A DNA stretch of 32,000 bases from Chlamydiales bacterium (GTDB lineage: Bacteria > Chlamydiota > Chlamydiia > Chlamydiales > JAAKFR01). Below, in pieces: positions 26,894 through 32,000 of this stretch (positions are counted from its first letter, which is position 1; each line of letters begins with the position of its first letter). The stretch is taken from assembly GCA_041395025.1 (NCBI GenBank), contig JAWLBH010000001.1, positions 1,230,001-1,262,000 on the forward strand, read 5' to 3'. Position numbers and translations under genes: made by a program. Below the pieces are notes generated by a model that saw only the letters and a list, made by a program, of their open reading frames with translations, did no database searches and was not told where the DNA came from.

Positions 26894-27748
26894 ATGAGCA
26901 ATTTCATCTCCTATTTCAAACTCACCAAGCCAGGGATTGTGATGGGGAATGCGATTACATGTGCTGGGGGATTTATGTTAGCTGCGCAGGGAGATATCAT
27001 CTGGAATGTATTTTTTTTAGTTTTAACAGGACTAAATTTAATTGTAGGATCTGGTTGTGTACTTAACAATTATTTCGATCGCCATCATGATGCTAAAATG
27101 GCGCGTACGAAAAATCGTCCTCTTGTAAAAGGAGATATTTCAGTTGAAAAAGCGCTGATATTTGCAGGATTTCTTTGGTTAATCGGCAGTGGTATTTTGC
27201 TTATAGGATCAAATTTATTGACTGTATGTTTAGCATGGGCTGGTTGGGTGATCTATTTAATGTTCTATACTTTTTTAAAGTATCATACTTTTCATGCAAC
27301 TCTAGTTGGTAGCATTGCAGGGGGTATTCCTCCTATAGTAGGGTATTTATCTGTGATTCCTGAAATTAATGGAACTATCTCAATTTTCTTTTTGATGATC
27401 TCTTTTTGGCAAATGCCTCACTTTTATGCAATTTCTATCTATCGATTCGAAGAATATGCTTTAGCTTCTATTCCCGTTTTACCGGTTATCAAAGGAATGG
27501 AAGCAACTAAAAAACAGATATTGTTTTATCTAATGGGTTTTCTAGGTATTTCGCTTCTTCTTTTGTTTTTTGAATCTGTGAGTCTATTCTATGTTGGGAT
27601 AGTTGTTTCTTTAGGTGGGATTTGGCTACTGATTGCTTTGATTGGGTTTAATAGATTAAACGATAAGAAGTGGGCACGCTTAATGTTTTTTTGTTCACTA
27701 GCTGTGATTATAGGAATCTCCCTAACAGTTCCTTTTTTCTATCTTTAA
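26894..27748 (+). CDS. cyoE: Protoheme IX farnesyltransferase (heme O synthase)
   Basis: 284 aa. UbiA-family motif NNYFDRHHDAKMARTKNRPL, multi-TM, and the last gene of the cyo operon. Confidence 0.92.
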   Translation: MSNFISYFKLTKPGIVMGNAITCAGGFMLAAQGDIIWNVFFLVLTGLNLIVGSGCVLNNYFDRHHDAKMARTKNRPLVKGDISVEKALIFAGFLWLIGSGILLIGSNLLTVCLAWAGWVIYLMFYTFLKYHTFHATLVGSIAGGIPPIVGYLSVIPEINGTISIFFLMISFWQMPHFYAISIYRFEEYALASIPVLPVIKGMEATKKQILFYLMGFLGISLLLLFFESVSLFYVGIVVSLGGIWLLIALIGFNRLNDKKWARLMFFCSLAVIIGISLTVPFFYL

Positions 27749-27800
27749 AACTATCTAAACTTATGATTTGAGTATTTAAAAATGCGTAATTATTTTATCA

Positions 27801-27838
27801 AAAAAAAAGACCCCGAAAAACGGGGTCTAACCTTTTTA
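27801..27838. terminator. Bidirectional rho-independent terminator between convergent cyoE and the small OMP gene
   Basis: aaaaaaaa-GACCCCG-aaaaa-CGGGGTC-taacc-ttttt. A perfect 7 bp GC-rich stem, with an A-run on one side and a T-run on the other. Confidence 0.8.
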
Positions 27839-27865
27839 CATTAATGAGTAATGATCGCTTTTATA

Positions 27866-28573
27866 TTAGAAGCATCCGCAAAAAAGATCTCCAAAGCGAT
27901 AGTTCAATAACACACGTCCCATATAGATAGAGTTGCTATTTCCAATTTCCAATGGTGCTGCTCCTTCAATATTAGCAACTTTTTCGGAGAATTGCATAGA
28001 CAACAAATCAATACCTATAGACCAGTTGCAGCCAAGAAGATACTCAGCTCCAATACCACCAACCCAACCCCAATGGCTACGATTGTATGTATAAGAAGCA
28101 GTTGAGTCTGTTATTTTACTATCAAGATCGATAACAGCTGCACCAGCTGTGAGGTAAAATAAGCAATCACAAACAGTGATTCCTGTTCGGCCACGGATTG
28201 TTAAGAACCAATTTAAAGTATCTTCCGCATAACGGCTATGTTCTTTACCATTCACCCAATCCCAGTCTACAATAAGACCAAATAGCCCGCATCCATAGTT
28301 CCAGTCGTATCCTAACTGAGCTCCTATTGTGAAATCAGTTTCAGAAAAACTACGAGATCCTCCGGTTGCATTTCCATTGAGATCATCTATAAAAGAAGTA
28401 TTGGTTAAAACTCCAAGATTACCTCCAATGTAGAATCCATCAAAATCCGAGCCAGGTGAGGAATTGTTTGAAGGAGGGCAACAATCATTACCTCCATAAT
28501 AATAATCTGCTGAGGCAACAGAACATGTTAACCCAGCAATCATGATTCCAAGTCCAAAAATCAGTTTTTTCAT
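27866..28573 (-). CDS. Small cysteine-rich outer-membrane beta-barrel protein (8-stranded OmpA/Omp25-31/OmpW-like fold class)
   Basis: 235 aa. Signal peptide MKKLIFGLGIMIAGLTCSVASA. FYIGGNLG, GAQLGYDW and GGIGAEY strand motifs, with an LLNYRFG terminal strand. Cys pairs sit at both ends (NDCCPP ... LFCGCF). Confidence 0.68.
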   Translation of the reverse strand: MKKLIFGLGIMIAGLTCSVASADYYYGGNDCCPPSNNSSPGSDFDGFYIGGNLGVLTNTSFIDDLNGNATGGSRSFSETDFTIGAQLGYDWNYGCGLFGLIVDWDWVNGKEHSRYAEDTLNWFLTIRGRTGITVCDCLFYLTAGAAVIDLDSKITDSTASYTYNRSHWGWVGGIGAEYLLGCNWSIGIDLLSMQFSEKVANIEGAAPLEIGNSNSIYMGRVLLNYRFGDLFCGCF

Positions 28574-28609
28574 ATGTTCTCCAGAAAAAGGTTAAAAAGG
28601 TTTACACTC

Positions 28610-28639
28610 GTTATCGCTAAAAAATCATTTCGCTGTCAA
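28610..28639 (-). promoter_or_regulatory. Candidate sigma70-type promoter for the small OMP gene
   Basis: Minus strand reads TTGACA, 18 nt, GATAAC, about 30 nt upstream of the ATG. The -35 is perfect and the -10 is mediocre. Confidence 0.3.
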
Positions 28640-29000
28640 CCACTTAATTTTTCAAGATAGGAAATTTAAGATATTTTAAGAAAATGAAAAATGTATTTCT
28701 AACCACTGCTGCTAAATCCTATAGAAAATTTTAGCCTAAATATTTTTGATCAATGAAACTGATTTTTTGATCTAACTCATAAACACTGTGAGATTAATTT
28801 ACTAAATAAGTTTAAGAACATGGTCGAAATATTATTTAAAAAGGTGATCGCATGGATAAAATTTATTATCCATAACAGCTGAGCTAGATTTGATATTTTT
28901 TGAGCGGGAATTATTTTTATCGCCATCAAGATGTTGAGATGACAATGTGTAAAATAAAAGAGAAAAGATCGTTGGCCTTTTATTGGATCATTCAAGAGAT

Positions 29001-29028
29001 AAAAAAGCTGAGATAAATCTCAGCTTTT
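29001..29028 (-). terminator. Rho-independent terminator directly after tmRNA
   Basis: AGCTGAGA-taaa-TCTCAGCT. An 8 bp perfect stem, followed on the minus strand by TTTTTT, 5 nt after the tmRNA 3' end. Confidence 0.75.
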
Positions 29029-29032
29029 AAAA

Positions 29033-29484
29033 TGGAGGTGGAGAGAATCGAACTCTCGTCCTTAGCAAACTCCGTATTAGATCCTACATGCTTAGTGCTC
29101 AATTCATAGATTAGCTCCTAATTTGAACACATTCATAGAACTAATCGGCCTCATTTCATCTCGAGAATTCTTACCTAGAAGCCTTCGATAAAAAATCTCA
29201 TATCGAGTAATATGACAGTTGTTTTGAAACCCTCGATTTAACTTCAAACAACCGGGTTATCTAAACGGTTAAGTTTCGACAACAACTAAGCAAATTTAAG
29301 CTGCAGCAGCAAATTCCACCACTTCTTTTGTACAAAGAAAAAGCGGATGACTACTGATAGACTCAACTTTGCTATTAGCCTTAGATTTGGCATTTAACGT
29401 TTTTACCGGTTTTTTTAGGAGGCCAACCGATATCCTCCGCATGCATCTAATATTTTGCTTCTAAGTCGAAACCTTTACACCCCC
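29033..29484 (-). ncRNA. ssrA: Transfer-messenger RNA (tmRNA, SsrA), about 452 nt with the CCA not encoded
   Basis: Minus strand starts GGGGGTGTAAAGGTTTCGACTTAG and ends GGACGAGAGTTCGATTCTCTCCACCTCCA. The acceptor stem GGGGGUG/CACCUCC contains the G3:U alanine identity pair, and the T-arm is GAGAG-TTCGATT-CTCTC. An internal tag frame runs from GCC (29391) to TAA (29298-29296) and ends ...EFAAAA. Confidence 0.93.
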
Positions 29485-29486
29485 TA

Positions 29487-29514
29487 TAGATACATTTTCA
29501 TTTTGCCTTTTCAA
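29487..29514 (-). promoter_or_regulatory. Candidate promoter for ssrA
   Basis: Minus strand reads TTGAAA, 16 nt, TATCTA, which would place a start at or near the mature GGGGG 5' end. It lies directly downstream of the stop codon of the FliN-like gene (29516). Confidence 0.35.
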
Positions 29515-29515
29515 A

Positions 29516-29929
29516 TTACAATTGTCCAATAAAATTCACAATTTTTACTCCAAATTGTCCATCTACAGCTACGACTTCTCCTCGTCCAATTTGGATCCCA
29601 TTGATGTGAATTTCAACAAGATCATCGCATAAGTCATCCAAAGGAAGTAGAGAGCCTTCTTCGATAGCTGCTAGCTCTTTAAGAGAGATTTTTTTTCTAC
29701 CAAATACTACCTCAATATTAACCTTGAGTTTATCAAAATGCGCCTTTTCCCGGTCTGATAAGAAAGAAAGAGGAGCTATCTTTTCTCCATCAATTGGATT
29801 AAAGATAACTTTAGATATAGCACCGTAGTTCCCTGGAGAGAGTAGGGGAATTTTATCTCCCTCTTTCGGAGGTTTTTCAGAGATGGCTTTGACAATTCCT
29901 TCAATCTCATCAGGTGTGAATTCGTTCAT
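29516..29929 (-). CDS. FliN/SctQ-C family protein (SpoA domain)
   Basis: 137 aa. C-terminal SpoA domain VNIEVVFGRKKISLKELAAIEEGSLLPLDDLCDDLVEIHINGIQIGRGEVVAVDGQFGVKIVNFI, which matches the FliN consensus layout. Confidence 0.8.
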   Translation of the reverse strand: MNEFTPDEIEGIVKAISEKPPKEGDKIPLLSPGNYGAISKVIFNPIDGEKIAPLSFLSDREKAHFDKLKVNIEVVFGRKKISLKELAAIEEGSLLPLDDLCDDLVEIHINGIQIGRGEVVAVDGQFGVKIVNFIGQL

Positions 29930-30134
29930 TAATTCTTACCGCTTTTTGTGTTTCACTTAAGCCTGGTCGCCCTTTAAAGAAAGACTCATCGCTAACTTTA
30001 ACTATTAGAGAGTCTTCAACTCTTTGATCTATAAGCAAGATATCTCCTTTTCGCAAAGCGAGATAATTTTCAATAGGCATTTCACATTTTCCAATGATCA
30101 CAAGCAGATCGATCAACAGCTCTTCAATCTTCAT
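29910..30134 (-). CDS. Small SpoA-domain protein (FliM C-terminal / SctQ SpoA1-like), translationally coupled to the FliN-like gene
   Basis: 74 aa. LLVIIGKCEMPIENYLALRKGDILLIDQRVEDSLIVKVSDESFFKGRPGLSETQKAVRINE follows the SpoA pattern. It overlaps the downstream gene by 20 nt. Confidence 0.6.
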   Translation of the reverse strand: MKIEELLIDLLVIIGKCEMPIENYLALRKGDILLIDQRVEDSLIVKVSDESFFKGRPGLSETQKAVRINERIHT

Positions 30135-30373
30135 AAAATTTACTATATTTTAGCTGATCTAAAAAGTCTATTGTGATTAAAAATTTTTATAAATATCTTA
30201 CTCAGATTTTATGGGTATGAATTGAGTCTTTACTTTTTACTAGGAATAGAGTTAGGTAGCAAGAAGAGGTTAAAAAGGATAGAATGGTTATTTAGAAAAA
30301 TGGTCTCTAGACTTAAAGATCAAAAAACAGCATGATTCTAAAGTTTTAAAGCCCCCAATCAATATCTGTAATT

Positions 30374-32000
30374 ATGTTTAAAGAGATCGCAAATGAAACA
30401 TTTGCTTCAAGAGAAGAGCGTATTCTAGAATTTTGGAAAAAAGGAGCTATCTTTGAAAAGTCTCTTGAAAAATCTAAAAAAGGGCCTTTTTTTTCATTTT
30501 ATGACGGTCCACCATTTGCTACAGGGTTACCTCACTATGGCCATATTCTTGCAGGAACCATTAAAGATGTGATTCCTCGTTATAAAACCATGAAGGGCTA
30601 TTATGTCCCTCGTCGTTTTGGGTGGGATTGTCATGGATTGCCTGTAGAAAATGAAATTGAAAAAATGTTCTGTCTATCAGGAGCTCCTTCGATTGAAAAA
30701 TTTGGAATTAATAGATTCAATGAAGAGTGTCGTAAGATTGTTTTACGTTATACTGCAGACTGGGAATCAAAAGTTGAGCGATTTGGGCGTTGGGTAGATT
30801 TTTCTAAAACATGGAAGACAATGGATCCTCCATTCATGGAGAGTGTTTGGTGGGTATTTAAAGAAGCTTACCAAAAAGGTTTGATTTATGAAGGTTTTAA
30901 GGTCATGCCTTTTTCAGCTAAGCTTGGTACACCTATATCAAATTTTGAAGCAACTGATAACTATAAAGAAGTAGATGACCCTTCTATTGTTGTTACTTTG
31001 CCACTGATTGATGATCCTAAAACTGCTCTTCTGGTATGGACAACAACTCCATGGACACTAATCTCAAACATGGCTGCTACTGTATCTGAAGATAGTGAAT
31101 ATGTAAAAGTCGTTCATGAAGAAAAATTCTATATCGTTGCTAAAAAAGCTGTCGATAGATGGTTTAAGAATATCAAAATTATTGCCTCTTTTAAGGGAAA
31201 AGAATTAGTCAATCAGCGTTATCAACCCCTTTTTCCCTATTTTTCTCATTTAAAAACAGCATTTCATGTGATTGCGGATGATTTTGTTTCTATGGAAGAA
31301 GGAACAGGGATTGTCCATACAGCTCCTGCTTTTGGAGAAGTTGATTTCTATGCTTGTAAGAAAGCAAATATTCCCTTTGTTTGTCCAGTTGACAATAATG
31401 GCTGTTTTACTGATGAAATTCCTCCTTATCAGGGCTTGTTTGTTAAAGCAGCAGATCATAAAATCATTCATGCTTTGAAAGCATCTGGACGTCTTTTTTA
31501 TCGTGGTACAATTCGTCACCGTTATCCTTTTTGTTGGCGATCTGATACTCCGCTTATCTATAAAGCGATTACTACTTGGTTTCTTAATGTTGAGAAAATT
31601 AAAAATCAATTACTTACTGCAAATAAAAGCACCCATTGGGTACCAAATCACCTCCAAGAAGGAAGATTTCAACATTGGCTTGAAGGAGCACGTGACTGGG
31701 CTATTAGTCGCAATCGCTACTGGGGAACTCCAATTCCAATTTGGAGAAGTGAAGATGGAGAGATTCATGTAATTGGTAGTATTTCTGAACTTGAAAAATT
31801 GACTGGGGAAAAAGTTCATGATCTTCATCGTCACTATATTGATGGATTGACTTTTGAGAAAAATGGTAAAATTTTTAAGCGAATTTTTGAAGTATTTGAT
31901 TGTTGGTTTGAATCAGGGTCAATGCCTTATGCTCAGAATCATTATCCATTTGATAATAAGAGAGAGACAGAAACAGCATTTCCTGCAGATTTTATTGCTG
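30374..32000 (+). CDS. ileS: Isoleucine--tRNA ligase, N-terminal part (runs off the right edge), type 2 (eukaryote/archaea-like) form
   Basis: My translation from the ATG at 30374 gives MFKEIANETFASREERILEFWKKGAIFEKSLEKSKKGPFFSFYDGPPFATGLPHYGHILAGTIKDVIPRYKTMKGYYVPRRFGWDCHGLPVE (HYGH is the HIGH motif). Later motifs include WTTTPWTL and GWDRSRNRYWGTPIP-like (AISRNRYWGTPIPIW). It is missing from the ORF track because there is no stop in the window. Confidence 0.95.
   Translation, partial: MFKEIANETFASREERILEFWKKGAIFEKSLEKSKKGPFFSFYDGPPFATGLPHYGHILAGTIKDVIPRYKTMKGYYVPRRFGWDCHGLPVENEIEKMFCLSGAPSIEKFGINRFNEECRKIVLRYTADWESKVERFGRWVDFSKTWKTMDPPFMESVWWVFKEAYQKGLIYEGFKVMPFSAKLGTPISNFEATDNYKEVDDPSIVVTLPLIDDPKTALLVWTTTPWTLISNMAATVSEDSEYVKVVHEEKFYIVAKKAVDRWFKNIKIIASFKGKELVNQRYQPLFPYFSHLKTAFHVIADDFVSMEEGTGIVHTAPAFGEVDFYACKKANIPFVCPVDNNGCFTDEIPPYQGLFVKAADHKIIHALKASGRLFYRGTIRHRYPFCWRSDTPLIYKAITTWFLNVEKIKNQLLTANKSTHWVPNHLQEGRFQHWLEGARDWAISRNRYWGTPIPIWRSEDGEIHVIGSISELEKLTGEKVHDLHRHYIDGLTFEKNGKIFKRIFEVFDCWFESGSMPYAQNHYPFDNKRETETAFPADFIA

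Noticed and set aside
28777-28995. 72 aa minus-strand ORF between the small OMP gene and the ssrA terminator
   Set aside because: It has no SD, starts immediately after the tmRNA terminator T-run, and has hydrophobic low-complexity composition typical of AT-rich non-coding DNA. I cannot exclude a small membrane peptide, but nothing supports one.
28574-29032. Search for an integrase, transposase or a duplicated tmRNA 3' end that would mark a classical ssrA-integrated island
   Set aside because: I could not find any mobility gene or copy of the tmRNA T-arm/acceptor sequence elsewhere in the window. Only the weaker terminator-region repeat reported in the findings remains.
29910-29929. Treating the two SpoA ORFs as a definite frameshifted pseudogene
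   Set aside because: The downstream ORF has its own ATG, and the 20 nt overlap is compatible with translational coupling. Sequence alone cannot distinguish a split gene from a frameshift, so both are called as CDS and the ambiguity is flagged.
31250-31834. ORFs 31250-31609 (minus), 31272-31478 (plus), 31503-31772 (plus) and 31610-31834 (minus)
   Set aside because: All overlap the unbroken IleS reading frame that starts at 30374, and none has independent support.

Overview
AT-rich bacterial chromosomal window, almost fully coding. By gene content and order it looks like an environmental member of the Chlamydiae. This is an inference from memory of Chlamydia trachomatis gene order, not a database search. 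Supporting points: (i) a tandemly fused, double-length UvrA next to pyruvate kinase; (ii) the block lpxL(htrB)-cdaR(ybbR)-cdaA(dacA) / cydA-cydB / SH3 protein / small Cys protein / PIN-PhoH / tmRNA / ileS, which matches the CT010-CT019 order as I recall it; (iii) a class-II-type IleS and cysteine-rich outer-membrane barrel candidates.

Layout:
- 1-3614: uvrA (minus, runs off the window).
- 3716-5467: pyk.
- 5625-9696: six tandem paralogous small four-TM protein genes (minus). This is the most unusual content.
- 9803-15589: a tightly overlapping six-gene minus-strand operon, folP-cdaA-cdaR-GT4-lpxL-rsmE.
- 15620-18018: cydAB.
- 18066-20218: SH3b protein and a SWIM-finger protein (minus).
- 20501-21820: PIN-PhoH.
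- 21951-28573: a cytochrome bo3-type quinol oxidase operon (cyoABCDE) bracketed by two putative outer-membrane beta-barrel genes.
- 29033-29484: tmRNA (minus).
- 29516-30134: an orphan pair of SpoA/FliN-domain genes.
- 30374-32000: ileS (runs off the window).

I saw no CRISPR array, transposase, integrase, rRNA or tRNA. The best candidate for an undescribed system is the six-gene membrane-protein array, which I interpret as Inc-like candidate type III secretion (T3S) substrates with Cys-rich tails. The isolated split SpoA pair next to tmRNA comes second.
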